From an uncultured Planctomycetaceae bacterium (lineage in GTDB: Bacteria; Planctomycetota; Planctomycetia; Pirellulales; PALSA-1355), in NCBI GenBank assembly GCA_937952415.1, contig CALFYT010000119.1, forward strand, positions 5,252 to 69,251: DNA of 64,000 nt, written 5' to 3'. Under the pieces are notes generated by a model. It had not been told where the DNA came from. It ran no database searches and saw nothing but the letters and a program-made list of their open reading frames with translations. Of this stretch, positions 1-9,910 are shown one piece after another (the first letter of the stretch is position 1; each line of letters opens with the position of its first letter). Made by a program: the position numbers and the translations under genes.

Positions 1-127
1 GACAAAGTTGCGGCCGGTAGGTGTGCTCCGAGACAAACTCCGTGTCGAACGCAACCGTCGCCGCGCCGGATAACTCGCGACAGAGTTTCCGCAGCCCCTC
101 GTCAGTCGTAATGTGGTCGTGATGCAC
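1..127 (-). CDS. rnd: ribonuclease D, N-terminal 42 codons (gene continues past left edge)
   Basis: Too short for the ORF track; read by hand. From GTG at 127-125 the minus strand gives VHHDHITTDEGLRKLCRELSGAATVAFDTEFVSEHTYRPQLC. This is an RNase D-type N-terminus with the DEDD ExoI motif (AxDTEF). An in-frame TGA at 205-203 bounds the start, with no ATG in between. Confidence 0.55.
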   Translation of the reverse strand, partial: MHHDHITTDEGLRKLCRELSGAATVAFDTEFVSEHTYRPQLC

Positions 128-256
128 GGGCAGAAAATGATAAGCAAGCCGGCGCGGCCGCGGTTCATCCTGATCAGCTACGAAAAGATTCCACGACTCG
201 ACTCATTGTACCGGTCGCACATGTTTTGGTCACATCGATCCACGGCGCCGGTCGCC

Positions 257-1735
257 CTAGTCCAGAAACAGCCACGTGGCCACGGCGAACACCGGCAGCA
301 GGATGATGCAACTGTAGGCCATGAAACCGAAGAAACTTGGCATCCGCACGCCCGACTTTTCGGCAAGCGTTTTGACCATGAAATTCGGCCCGTTGCCGAT
401 ATAGGTCATTGCGCCCATCAACACGGCACCCAAGCTTATCGCGCGCAACAGTGGCTCGGCCACTCCGGCGACCTGCACCGGCGCATCGGTCGAGATGGTT
501 TGGGCCGTTTTGAAAAACACCAGGTACGTCGGCGCGTTGTCGAGCACGGCCGAAAGTCCGCCCGTTGCCCAAAAGTACTTCTGCGGCGTGTCGATTCCCA
601 GCGACGGTCCGCGCACATTGAGGATCTCGAGCGCCGGTTGCATGGCAACGAAGATGCCAACAAACAACGCGGCGACCTCGACAATTGCCACGTAGTCGAA
701 CTGGTTGGCCTCGCGAACCGCTTGCGATCCCGCTAAGAGCGACACCGCAACCAGCGTCAGTTGCAGCATTTCGCGCAAGTACATCCACGGATGCCACTCG
801 GTGCCAACCAACGGCTTGCTCGGATCCAGCAGCGCCACAGTAAATATTACGCCCACCAGCAGCAGGGCGTTGGGCCACAGACCGGTGAACTTAAGCGGCC
901 GTACGCGGGTTTCGTCGAGTGCCACGTCGCGCCGCGTTTCGCGACGGTAGTAGATCAAACGATCGACCACAAAATAAAGCACGAGCAGCGTGAGATTGAC
1001 GAATAACCAACTCGGCCACAGAGAGGTCGTCCACAGAAAGTCGACGCCATTGAGATAACCCAAGAACAATGGTGGATCACCGATCGGCAACAACAACCCA
1101 CCACAATTGCAAACCACGAAGATAAAGAACACCACCGTGTGCGCGACGTGCTTCCGCTCGGAATTGGTCTCCAACAATGGCCGAATCAACAGCATGGCCG
1201 CGCCGGTCGTTCCAATGAAGCTGGCCAGCAAGCCACCGGCGGCAATGAATGCCGTGTTCGTGCGCGGATGCGCGCGCAGGTCGCCCTCGAGTCGAATCCC
1301 GCCGCTGATCGTGTACAAGCTGAACAACAGCACAATGAACGGGACGAAATCCTTGACGATCGCGTGATCGAGCGTTTGCGCCACAAGCGGCCAGCCGCTG
1401 TCAGGGTGCAGCAAAGCAAGGTAAGCCAGCGTCAGTAGCGCAAGCCCGCCGGCCACGTAGAATTTGTTCAGATTGTGCTCCCACCACTCCTCAGTCTTTT
1501 CTAGAAGCGGCAAGATTGCGATCGAGCCGAGCAACAGCACAAACGGAATCACTGCCCAGAGGTGAGCAACGCCAGCCGTTTCGTCATGCGCGGCGTGCGC
1601 GGCGTGCTCGGAATGATCGCCGGCTGCCGGCGGCGCCGTCCAACCTGCCAGCGTGGCCGCGACGAAACAGACGCCGAGCGCCCCGACCGCAAGGATCACG
1701 GGCAAATGAACGCGGACACGACCGGCCTTGTGCAT
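257..1735 (-). CDS. NhaD/ArsB-superfamily ion transporter (putative Na+/H+ antiporter)
   Basis: 492-aa ORF with many hydrophobic spans and a His-rich N-terminal tail. LDNAPTYL and IGDPPLFLGY blocks are typical of NhaD/ArsB-type permeases. Overlapping ORFs are shorter shadows. Confidence 0.75.
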   Translation of the reverse strand: MHKAGRVRVHLPVILAVGALGVCFVAATLAGWTAPPAAGDHSEHAAHAAHDETAGVAHLWAVIPFVLLLGSIAILPLLEKTEEWWEHNLNKFYVAGGLALLTLAYLALLHPDSGWPLVAQTLDHAIVKDFVPFIVLLFSLYTISGGIRLEGDLRAHPRTNTAFIAAGGLLASFIGTTGAAMLLIRPLLETNSERKHVAHTVVFFIFVVCNCGGLLLPIGDPPLFLGYLNGVDFLWTTSLWPSWLFVNLTLLVLYFVVDRLIYYRRETRRDVALDETRVRPLKFTGLWPNALLLVGVIFTVALLDPSKPLVGTEWHPWMYLREMLQLTLVAVSLLAGSQAVREANQFDYVAIVEVAALFVGIFVAMQPALEILNVRGPSLGIDTPQKYFWATGGLSAVLDNAPTYLVFFKTAQTISTDAPVQVAGVAEPLLRAISLGAVLMGAMTYIGNGPNFMVKTLAEKSGVRMPSFFGFMAYSCIILLPVFAVATWLFLD

Positions 1736-2093
1736 TCGACTAGTGGCAGAACCACGAACCTGGTTTCAATGACTGACCGTTCTGATTCCGCGCCAGTTTC
1801 CAAAGGACGGTTGCCCGTGGCACTCGTGCCGCCCGCCAAGAGTCCGCCTGTCGCGGTCCATCAACGAGCGCGCCTGATACCAGGAATATCGGCGACAATG
1901 GACCGAAGGCTGATCAGCACCAGCCGGGCGCTTGCCGCCGAAAACAGCAGCCACAAAGCAGAACTCATCGGTTCCGGAAAATCAAGGCCACGTGGAGCAC
2001 GCCCCCGCGCCGCACTCTGCCGCGCCAGCGGCCGGTTTGCTAGACTTGGACCTTTCCCGGCGCGCCCCGTCAATTGAAACGCAATACCTCCCC

Positions 2094-2651
2094 ATGACCA
2101 CCGAGATCTGGCTGCGACCCAATCGTCGAGCGATCTATTTCGGAATGGTTCCGCCGGCCGTGATTGTCGCGCTCGGAGCGCTGTTGGTGTTCGGACTGCC
2201 CGGGTGGTCGCCACCAACCTGGCTACGAGTTCTCGGAGGAATCCTCGCCATCCCGGGGATCGGTCTGCTGGTAGCGCTGCTCGTGCAACTGCGCCGCCCG
2301 CGCGTGGCTTTCGCTGACGGTCACCTGCTGCTGGCGTTGCGCTCCGGCGCGCCGATTCGCGTACCGATCCACTGCGTCGAGTGTTTCTTGATCGGAAAGT
2401 CACCCAGCCTCCTGCCGGGCAAGGGCAAAGAGCACATCGACGCGACCTCGATTTCGGTACGAATTGCCGAATCGGCGAGCGAATGGCAATACCAACCCGT
2501 CAAACCGCAGCTCGGCGCGTGGTGTGGCGGCTACGTGACCATCCGTGGCACGTGGTGCGAACCGCTGAATCTGGCGGTGGTCAACCGGCTCAACGAGCGT
2601 TTGGCCGAAGTGTCGCGTGCCACGACGGCGCAAGGCGGTGACGCCTCATGA
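2094..2651 (+). CDS. hypothetical membrane protein
   Basis: ATG at 2094 inside ORF 1932..2651 precedes two hydrophobic spans (AIYFGMVPPAVIVALGALLVFGL; LGGILAIPGIGLLVALLV). Its stop overlaps the next start (ATGA at 2648-2651). Start uncertain. Confidence 0.55.
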   Translation: MTTEIWLRPNRRAIYFGMVPPAVIVALGALLVFGLPGWSPPTWLRVLGGILAIPGIGLLVALLVQLRRPRVAFADGHLLLALRSGAPIRVPIHCVECFLIGKSPSLLPGKGKEHIDATSISVRIAESASEWQYQPVKPQLGAWCGGYVTIRGTWCEPLNLAVVNRLNERLAEVSRATTAQGGDAS

Positions 2652-3358
2652 CGCGATTGCTGGTCAGCGTGCGCAACGCCGCCGAGGCGGAGATCGCGGC
2701 CCGGTCGGGCGTCGATCTGATCGACGTTAAGGAGCCGGCCCGCGGCTCGCTCGGCGCGGCCGATGCGGCAACGATCGAACAAGTGGCCCACGTCATTAGC
2801 GGCCGTCGACCGTTGAGCGTCGCGCTGGGTGAATTGCACCAGGGCCTGCAACTCCCAGACCGTCTGTCCGGTCGGGTGCAATTTGCAAAGTTCGGTCTAG
2901 CCGGTTGCGGGGCGGATCCCAACTGGCTTATTCGCTGGAATGAGGCTGTGTTGCAATTGCCGGCCGGAGTCTCGGCGGTCGGCGTAGCGTACGCGGACTG
3001 GCAAGCGGCCGCCGCGCCCGATCCCTGGCAGGTCGTCGACGCGGCACAGCAGTTGGACTGCGCCGCGATTCTGCTCGACACGTGGGACAAGTCGCACGGT
3101 CCGTTGACCGAACTATGGAGTTGGAGCGAGGTTGACCGTTTCGTGCAGGCCGCCGCCAAGCGTCGTCTGATCAGCGTGGTGGCCGGCAGCCTGGGCTCTG
3201 CGGAAATTGCAACGCTGTTGGAACTTGCGCCGGATTACGTCGCGGTGCGCGGCGCCGTTTGTGCCGGTGATCGAACCACGGCGATTGAGGAAACGCGCGT
3301 GCGTCGATTAGTCGCGCAGTTACACGCCCAGGCGAGACGGACCGTGCAGCGCGCTTAA
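2648..3358 (+). CDS. mfnB: (5-formylfuran-3-yl)methyl phosphate synthase homolog (MfnB / DUF556 family)
   Basis: 236 aa. The blocks LLVSVRNAAEA..GVDLIDVKEPARGSLGA, ILLDTWDK, VVAGSL and VAVRGAVCAGDR line up with the archaeal MfnB pattern as I recall it (IDVKxPxxGSLGA ... MLDT..K ... LAGS ... VGVRGAAC..DR). Confidence 0.75.
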   Translation: MTRLLVSVRNAAEAEIAARSGVDLIDVKEPARGSLGAADAATIEQVAHVISGRRPLSVALGELHQGLQLPDRLSGRVQFAKFGLAGCGADPNWLIRWNEAVLQLPAGVSAVGVAYADWQAAAAPDPWQVVDAAQQLDCAAILLDTWDKSHGPLTELWSWSEVDRFVQAAAKRRLISVVAGSLGSAEIATLLELAPDYVAVRGAVCAGDRTTAIEETRVRRLVAQLHAQARRTVQRA

Positions 3359-3584
3359 GCGCGGCGAATGGACACGGCACGTCCGCGCGGCATGGGTGTT
3401 ACGGCCCGACTCTTGAAAATTTGCTTGACAAAGATGCTTGCGGCCGAATACTCAGGGCTGGATACGACGCGAGCGCAGGGAGTGTCCGCCTTTTTTGGTA
3501 CGCGGAGCGCCGCGATCGAAAGGGACAAGCGATCGCATCTCATGGAATCCGAGACGCGGTCGTGATGCGAGCAAGGAGCTGCAC

Positions 3585-3785
3585 GTGCCAAACACCGTCT
3601 TGGAAGCCATCAAGATGGGTCTCTGGGACTTCGAGCCCAAGGAAATCGACTCGGAAGATTTCGAAGCCTGTGCCGCGATGCCAGGCACGGACGACAAACT
3701 CAAGGTGCTAGCCGAACGCGTACGACAAGGATTGCCCCTTTGGCATCCGGCCGACCGCGCTGATTCAGAAGACGAGACGGACTAG
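3585..3785 (+). CDS. small acidic hypothetical protein (66 aa)
   Basis: Inside ORF 3438..3785. GTG at 3585 is preceded by AAGGAG (3573-3578) with a 6-nt spacer. The upstream part of the ORF is Arg-rich and unlikely to be coding. Confidence 0.5.
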   Translation: MPNTVLEAIKMGLWDFEPKEIDSEDFEACAAMPGTDDKLKVLAERVRQGLPLWHPADRADSEDETD

Positions 3786-3974
3786 CGCCCGGGAACGCGC
3801 GGGGCGTCCCGTCTTGCGAAATGCCACACGGCTACGACAGCGCGACCACGGTTCGTCGCGTCTTGCGGATTGGTTTTCACCGCTGCGGTTTCCCGCTACG
3901 ATAGTGCTGTGGTGGTTGCCGGCGCGCGGCGACGCCACGATGACACTGTCTCAACTCAAAGGGGTCCGTCGACC

Positions 3975-4277
3975 ATGCCCGCCATCACGATTAGCACACC
4001 GCATTCACTTGGTGCTGAGGAAGCCACCAACCGGCTGAAGTCGTTCTTCGAGAAACTCAAGGAAGAACACAAAGACAAGGTCAGCAACCTTGAAGAGCAG
4101 TGGAACGACAACAAGCTGGACTACAGCTTCTCGACCTACGGTTTCAACATCAAGGGCGACATGGTCGTCGAAGCCGACGAAGTGAAGGTCAACGGCAACT
4201 TGCCCTTCGCCGCCATGATGTTCAAAGGCAAGATCGAGCAATCGGTGCGCGACGAGCTGCAAAAGATCTTGGCGTAG
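3975..4277 (+). CDS. polyhydroxyalkanoic-acid-system-like small protein (PHA_gran_rgn-type)
   Basis: ATG at 3975 inside ORF 3870..4277, 100 aa. ITISTPHSLGAEEATNRLKSFFEKL and C-terminal LPFAAMMFKGKIEQSVRDEL fit the layout of the small putative PHA system protein family. Confidence 0.7.
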   Translation: MPAITISTPHSLGAEEATNRLKSFFEKLKEEHKDKVSNLEEQWNDNKLDYSFSTYGFNIKGDMVVEADEVKVNGNLPFAAMMFKGKIEQSVRDELQKILA

Positions 4278-4382
4278 CGGCCTGGTATCGTCATTGCGGC
4301 GCGGCTTCGTACTGGCATGACCTCGTCGCGGCTTGGCCGGCACGAGGAAGCCGCGTTGTCGTTTGCGCCCGGGCGTTCGTCT

Positions 4383-5537
4383 TCACGGCGACGGCTCGGA
4401 GTTGCCGTCGTCGGCCGGTCGAATCGCAATGGATTGTCCGCGCCGATCGTACGTCAGACGCGTGCCGTCCAAGATCGCGCGCAGCAGTTCGTCAAGCGAA
4501 ACGTCCTTGACGTTTACCGAAATGAGCTGCTCGATTGGAATGCCCGCCTGATCGATCGCTTCGTGTTCCCAGTTTAATTCCAGCTTCAGCCGGCCGGCCA
4601 CTTGCACCAGCACTTCGTCGAGCGCGGCATTGGCGACCGTTAGCTGATAGACTTCTTTGCCCGGCACAACCTTTGTCCGCCGCGTGGGCGACCCGCGGAA
4701 TCTGCGCTCGACGTACTCATGATCTTCCAGACGTCCGTCTACGCGGATCGTATCGCCTTCGACCACGATGCGAGCGTCGGGAATCTCCCGGGCCCAGCGC
4801 TTGGCGACCGCCGCAGCCCGACGGCCACCCGGATAAACGCGCTCGATCGACACGTGCTGGGGCGCGTCAACCAGCCGAACTCGTTTCCCGGCGTCCTCGA
4901 TCTTAAAGGCCAAATCGAATTGTGCGGCCAGAAGGGTCATCCGGTCGATCCACGTGAGCGACGGCAGATCGGTAGCCCGCCACAGATCGTGCGGGATCTG
5001 TTCCGCGCCGACCAGTTCGACGTCGGCCTCTTTGGCAAGTGCCTCGGCTAGATTCCGCGGTTCGGCCAGATCGTCCCAGTGCGTCGTGCGCAGCCGAAGA
5101 AACTCGGCGACTCGGGGCTCCGGCAGCGAGCGTACCTCTTCGGTTTGTTGTTGGGCCAGCGTACGCAGTGTGCGCGCTGTCGCTTGCGGTCCGAAGTAGG
5201 CCACCGGACCAAACTGGCAATAGCCGGAGTTTAGCTGTTCGGCGATTTTGGCCAGCACGCGTTCCAAGGGCTCGTCCGCAGCGGCAAGATCCAGCGGCTG
5301 GCCCGGATCGATGCGGCGGTCCAGCACAATGGCAATCCGTTGCGCGTCGCTCAGGCCGGCAAGTGCACGAATCGCCGGCGTGTTGGTCCAGGATAGGCTG
5401 ACCGGTGCGCGCAATCGCCCGGCAAGTTCGCCTCGGGTTGCGAATTCCGGCGGTGTTTCGCCTGCCGCGACCGCATGCGCCACGAGCAACACGGCAACGG
5501 ATGCCAGTCGGGACGTTTGGCGGCGAGAAAAGTGCAT
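4383..5537 (-). CDS. secreted protein with STN-like domains, function unknown
   Basis: 384 aa with a signal peptide (LASVAVLLVAHAVAAG). C-terminal ISVNVKDVSLDELLRAILDGTRLTYDRRGQSIAIRP resembles secretin/TonB N-terminal (STN) domains. Confidence 0.65.
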   Translation of the reverse strand: MHFSRRQTSRLASVAVLLVAHAVAAGETPPEFATRGELAGRLRAPVSLSWTNTPAIRALAGLSDAQRIAIVLDRRIDPGQPLDLAAADEPLERVLAKIAEQLNSGYCQFGPVAYFGPQATARTLRTLAQQQTEEVRSLPEPRVAEFLRLRTTHWDDLAEPRNLAEALAKEADVELVGAEQIPHDLWRATDLPSLTWIDRMTLLAAQFDLAFKIEDAGKRVRLVDAPQHVSIERVYPGGRRAAAVAKRWAREIPDARIVVEGDTIRVDGRLEDHEYVERRFRGSPTRRTKVVPGKEVYQLTVANAALDEVLVQVAGRLKLELNWEHEAIDQAGIPIEQLISVNVKDVSLDELLRAILDGTRLTYDRRGQSIAIRPADDGNSEPSP

Positions 5538-5776
5538 GTCCTGCTCGTGTTCCGTGGCGCGCGGGGCAAGGCATTGCGGAGGGCAGTGGTCCTTTCTCCA
5601 TTCTCGGCCAAAACGTGGCCGCGGGGAAGGCGAGTCTCACCCCACGAAAAATCTTCGCTATGGTAAACCGGTCCCGGGTGACTAAACTGGAGTTATCGCC
5701 GGGTCGGTTCGGCAAGAAAACCACTGCCCGTGGTAGTCGAGCCGACGGCCGTGTTGCCGGGAGATTGAAACCCACG

Positions 5777-6439
5777 ATGAGCAAACCCGCCCGATTGCCG
5801 GCGCTCCACCGCCACTACCACAACTACCTGGAAAACCAGGATACCGATCGCTTTGCCCGAGCCGTCGACCACCAGTACACGGTCGGCACGTTGGAGCGCT
5901 TGGCGGCGCATAGTGATCGCATGGGACGCCGCGCCGCGGTGTTGGCCATCGGATTGTTGGGCGACTACAACGCCAACACCACGATGGGTCGGGCCCTGCA
6001 CGACGATGACCGGGGCGTGCGGATGCTCGCCGAGAGCGGCATTCGCCAGCTTTGGTGTCGCATCGGCACGACCCAGCACCGCGCGGATTTGGAGCGAGTT
6101 ATCGAATTGACCGCCGCCGGCCAATTCGACGAGGCAATTACCCGCAGTACGCGCTTGATCGAACAGGCCCCGTGGATTGGCGAAGTCTGGAACCAACGCG
6201 CATTGGCGCTGTTTGGCCGCGGCCAGTTCAAGGAATCGATCCACGACTGCACGCAGGCCCTGGAAATCAATCCCTATCATTTCGGTGCGGCGACTGGGAT
6301 GGGCCAGTGCTACATGAAACTCAAGAACCGCCCGCAAGCGCTGGAATGTTTTCGTCGCGCGCTGCGGCTCAATCCGAACCTGGAAGGAGTCCGGGCCCAC
6401 GTGCTCTATTTGCAGCGCACTCTAAAGCGCCAAGAGTAG
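5777..6439 (+). CDS. HEAT/TPR repeat protein
   Basis: ATG at 5777 in ORF 5405..6439. A HEAT-like segment (RRAAVLAIGLLGD...DDDRGVRMLAESGI) is followed by TPR units (WNQRALALFGRGQFKESIHDCTQALEINPYH; YMKLKNRPQALECFRRALRLNPN). Confidence 0.7.
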   Translation: MSKPARLPALHRHYHNYLENQDTDRFARAVDHQYTVGTLERLAAHSDRMGRRAAVLAIGLLGDYNANTTMGRALHDDDRGVRMLAESGIRQLWCRIGTTQHRADLERVIELTAAGQFDEAITRSTRLIEQAPWIGEVWNQRALALFGRGQFKESIHDCTQALEINPYHFGAATGMGQCYMKLKNRPQALECFRRALRLNPNLEGVRAHVLYLQRTLKRQE

Positions 6440-6509
6440 CATCGGCCGACGCGTCGCCGCGCCGCCAATTGCCCGGGTTCGACGGCTTGTCGCACGGATC
6501 GAACCGTCC

Positions 6510-8189
6510 ATGACCACCGGCTCTCAACCCGTGCTTGTCCTTGGAGCCGGCATCAACGGATGCGCGATCGCCCGCGAGCTGCTGCTCAACGGCGTTGCGG
6601 TATGGCTGGTTGATGCGTCCGACATCGCTTGCGGGGCCACCAGCGGATCGTCGCGGTTGATTCACGGCGGGCTGCGCTATCTGGAGTATGGCGAATTCGA
6701 CTTGGTAAAGGAGTCGCTGGCCGAGCGGACGCGCCTTTTGCGGCTCGCTCCGCAGTTCGTGCGACCGCTACGGTTGTGGATACCCGCGGCCACACGCTTT
6801 GGCGGCACGCTGGCGTCGGTGGGGCGGTTCTTCGGCTGGCAATGGTGGCCGTGGAAATCAGCCACACGGGGTCGCGGGGTCATGTTGATCCGCGCCGGAC
6901 TGGCGATGTACGACACCTACGCGCGGCAGTCGACCCTGCCAGCCCATCAGGTCTGTCCGGTGGACGTGCCCGACGCGCCGTCGGTCGACAACCAGAAGTA
7001 TCGCTGGCTGTGCGCGTATTCCGATGGCCAGGTCGTGTTTCCGGAACGACTGGCGGTGGCACTGATCGAAGACGCCCAGCGGTTGTCACAGGAAAAGGGC
7101 CTGGAATTCCGCGTGCACACATACTGCCAGGCAACACTGCGAGGCGACACAGTCGAATTAGGCCTGTCTGGCGACGCTCACGCAGGCACGGCCGTCGGCA
7201 CGCTCCAACCCGCGGCAATCGTCAACGCCACCGGCGCCTGGGTCGACGAAACACTGACCCGCTTGGACGTGCCAGCGGAACGACTGATGGGCGGCACGAA
7301 GGGCAGCCACTTGTTCTCCGCCAAGCCCGAGCTACGCGACGCGCTGGCCGACCAGGGCATCTACGCCGAGGCCGAAGACGGGCGCCCCATCTTCATCACG
7401 CCGCTGGCCGACACGGTGCTCATCGGTACGACCGACGTCCCGATTCAAGGCTCGCCGAGCAACGTCCAAACCAGCGAGGCCGAGCGCGACTATCTGATCG
7501 ACTCGGTCAATGCCATCCTGCCGAGCGTGAGACTCTCGCTCGACGACGTCGACTTTCACACAAGCGCCGTCCGGCCGTTGCCCTACGTGCCGGCAACTTC
7601 GCCGGGCGCGATCACGCGCCGCCACAAGTTGGTGGAGAACAACGCGGCTGCGATTCCCCTGTTGTCGGTCGTGGGCGGCAAACTGACGACCATGCGCGCC
7701 CTGGCCGAGTTGACCACCGAAGCGGTGCTCAAGCAACTCGGTCGCGAAGTGCAAGCCAATTCCCAACAGCGTGTTTTCCCCGGCGGCGAGGACTATCCGC
7801 CGGACACCTCGGCACTGGCATCCACGCATCACGGCATCGCCGAGCGTACGGGCTTCTCGCAGGCTTCGGTCGCAGCCGCCTGGCGCCTGCACGGCACGCG
7901 AACCGAAGCGATCCTTGCGACGGCGTCCGACACGACATTGCTCGACGGTACGGAATTGCCCGTCGCGCTGGCCAAGTGGTCAATCCAAAACGAGTGGACG
8001 ACCTGCCTGGCCGATTTGGTTGAACGGCGGCTCATGCTGCTTTACCATCAGCGGCTAACCACGAAGTGCCTCAAACGGCTGGCGGAACTGTTGGCGGCAC
8101 GTGGGCTGCTTGGCACGACCGATGCGGCCAGCGCCGCGGCAACCGAAGCGGCGCGACTGAGCGACCGCTACGGCAAGCACGTCGTGTAG
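6510..8189 (+). CDS. glpD: FAD-dependent glycerol-3-phosphate dehydrogenase
   Basis: 559 aa with an N-terminal dinucleotide fold (VLVLGAGINGCAIARELLLNG), SSRLIHGGLRYLEYGEF, and a long C-terminal domain. It lies immediately upstream of glpK. Confidence 0.9.
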   Translation: MTTGSQPVLVLGAGINGCAIARELLLNGVAVWLVDASDIACGATSGSSRLIHGGLRYLEYGEFDLVKESLAERTRLLRLAPQFVRPLRLWIPAATRFGGTLASVGRFFGWQWWPWKSATRGRGVMLIRAGLAMYDTYARQSTLPAHQVCPVDVPDAPSVDNQKYRWLCAYSDGQVVFPERLAVALIEDAQRLSQEKGLEFRVHTYCQATLRGDTVELGLSGDAHAGTAVGTLQPAAIVNATGAWVDETLTRLDVPAERLMGGTKGSHLFSAKPELRDALADQGIYAEAEDGRPIFITPLADTVLIGTTDVPIQGSPSNVQTSEAERDYLIDSVNAILPSVRLSLDDVDFHTSAVRPLPYVPATSPGAITRRHKLVENNAAAIPLLSVVGGKLTTMRALAELTTEAVLKQLGREVQANSQQRVFPGGEDYPPDTSALASTHHGIAERTGFSQASVAAAWRLHGTRTEAILATASDTTLLDGTELPVALAKWSIQNEWTTCLADLVERRLMLLYHQRLTTKCLKRLAELLAARGLLGTTDAASAAATEAARLSDRYGKHVV

Positions 8190-8290
8190 TGGCCACTTCC
8201 CGCACTGCCGACGATCGAATCCGCCGGCAACCCGGATGAGCGATGTGATAACTTTCGCGCGGTAACGCATCAAAGGAGTAGTGCAGCAAC

Positions 8291-9787
8291 ATGACCAAGC
8301 AATACGTTTTGGCGCTCGATCAGGGCACGACGTCCAGCCGGGCGATCGTCTTTGGGCACGATGGCCGCTCGATCGCCACGGCCCAGCAGGAATTCGAGCA
8401 GATCTTGCCGTCGCCCGGCCACGTCGAACACGATCCCGAAGCGATTTGGAATACGCAGCTCACCGTTGCGCGCGACGCGCTCAAGCAAGCCAAACTCTCG
8501 GCCGCCGACATCGCGGCAATCGGGATCACGAACCAGCGCGAGACGGCCATCCTGTGGGAACGCGCGACCGGCAAGCCGGTGGCCAACGCAATCGTGTGGC
8601 AAAGTCGCATCAGCGCCGGAATCTGCGACGCGCTCAAGGCTGATGGTCTCGAAACGACATTCCGCGAAAAGACAGGCCTGGTCATCGACGCCTACTTCTC
8701 CGGAACCAAAATCAAATACCTGCTCGACTCGATCGATGGGCTGCGCGGCCGCGCCGAAAAAGGTGAGATTCTGTTCGGCACCGTCGATAGTTGGCTGATC
8801 TGGCGGCTGACCGAAGGAAAGCGGCACGTCACCGACGTGAGCAATGCCAGCCGCACGCTGATTTTCAATATCCATTCGCTCGATTGGGACGACGAGCTGT
8901 TGAAGATCCTCGACATCCCGCGGGCCATGTTGCCCGAGGTGGTCCCCTCGAGCGGATCGCTTGGCGAAGCCGCGTCCGAATTGTTGGGCGAAACGATCCC
9001 CATCACCGGATGCGCCGGCGACCAGCAGGCCGCCACGTTCGGACAAGCCTGCTTCGAGCCCGGCAGCGCGAAGAACACGTATGGAACGGGCTGTTTCCTG
9101 CTACTCAATACGGGACACGAGCCAGTCGCCTCGAAGAACAAGCTGCTGACCACGATCGGATGGAGCTTGGACGGAAAAGTCACGTACTGCCTGGAAGGCT
9201 CCGTGTTCATTTGCGGCGCGGTCGTACAATGGCTCCGCGACGGACTTAAGGTGATCGAGAATTCGGTCGACGTCGAAAAGCTTGCCGGCAGCGTTGCCGA
9301 CTCCGACGGCGTTTATCTCGTGCCGGCCTTCGTTGGCTTGGGCGCTCCGTATTGGGATCCTTACGCACGCGGCACCATCGTGGGAATCACGCGCGGTACG
9401 ACCGAGGCCGATATCGCCCGCGCAGCGATCGAATCGATGGCCTACCAATCGCGCGACCTCTTGGAAGCCATGCAGCGCGACTCGGACGTGGATTTGACCG
9501 TACTGAAAGTCGACGGCGGCGCGTCGGTCAACAACCAGCTCATGCAGTTTCAGGCAGACATCCTGGGCGCCACCGTGCGGCGTCCGGAGATCGCGGAAAC
9601 CACCGCCTTGGGTGCCGCGTATCTGGCGGGACTGGCAGTCGGCTACTGGGCCGGACCGGACGACGTGGCGAAGAACTGGGCCTTGGACCGCGAGTTCACG
9701 CCGGCAATGGACGCCGAACAGCGCGAGTCTCGCTACGCGCAGTGGAAACGGGCGGTCGAGCGATCGCGCGATTGGGAGCCACACTAG
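8291..9787 (+). CDS. glpK: glycerol kinase
   Basis: 498 aa. [43 protein letters not shown] and [19 protein letters not shown] are classical FGGY glycerol kinase blocks. Confidence 0.97.
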   Translation: MTKQYVLALDQGTTSSRAIVFGHDGRSIATAQQEFEQILPSPGHVEHDPEAIWNTQLTVARDALKQAKLSAADIAAIGITNQRETAILWERATGKPVANAIVWQSRISAGICDALKADGLETTFREKTGLVIDAYFSGTKIKYLLDSIDGLRGRAEKGEILFGTVDSWLIWRLTEGKRHVTDVSNASRTLIFNIHSLDWDDELLKILDIPRAMLPEVVPSSGSLGEAASELLGETIPITGCAGDQQAATFGQACFEPGSAKNTYGTGCFLLLNTGHEPVASKNKLLTTIGWSLDGKVTYCLEGSVFICGAVVQWLRDGLKVIENSVDVEKLAGSVADSDGVYLVPAFVGLGAPYWDPYARGTIVGITRGTTEADIARAAIESMAYQSRDLLEAMQRDSDVDLTVLKVDGGASVNNQLMQFQADILGATVRRPEIAETTALGAAYLAGLAVGYWAGPDDVAKNWALDREFTPAMDAEQRESRYAQWKRAVERSRDWEPH

Positions 9788-9910
9788 CGTCAGATACCCT
9801 CGCCGGGGGCAGGTCGCTTCGCGAAGTCAGCCATGCTCGGCCGGTTGTTGGCGTCGCGTCACTCGTCCGCGAGCAAGACTAGCACGTGCAGTCCGCCACG
9901 CTATCGGCGG

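Noticed and set aside
3425-3453. TTGACA-N16-AATACT promoter-like site upstream of the 66-aa gene
   Set aside because: It matches only 4 of 6 positions in the -10 hexamer and has no supporting evidence. It is too weak to list as a feature.
8270-9046. 258-aa minus-strand ORF and several alternative-frame ORFs inside glpK, and similarly 6629..8023 inside glpD
   Set aside because: They overlap textbook glpK/glpD reading frames and are shadows.
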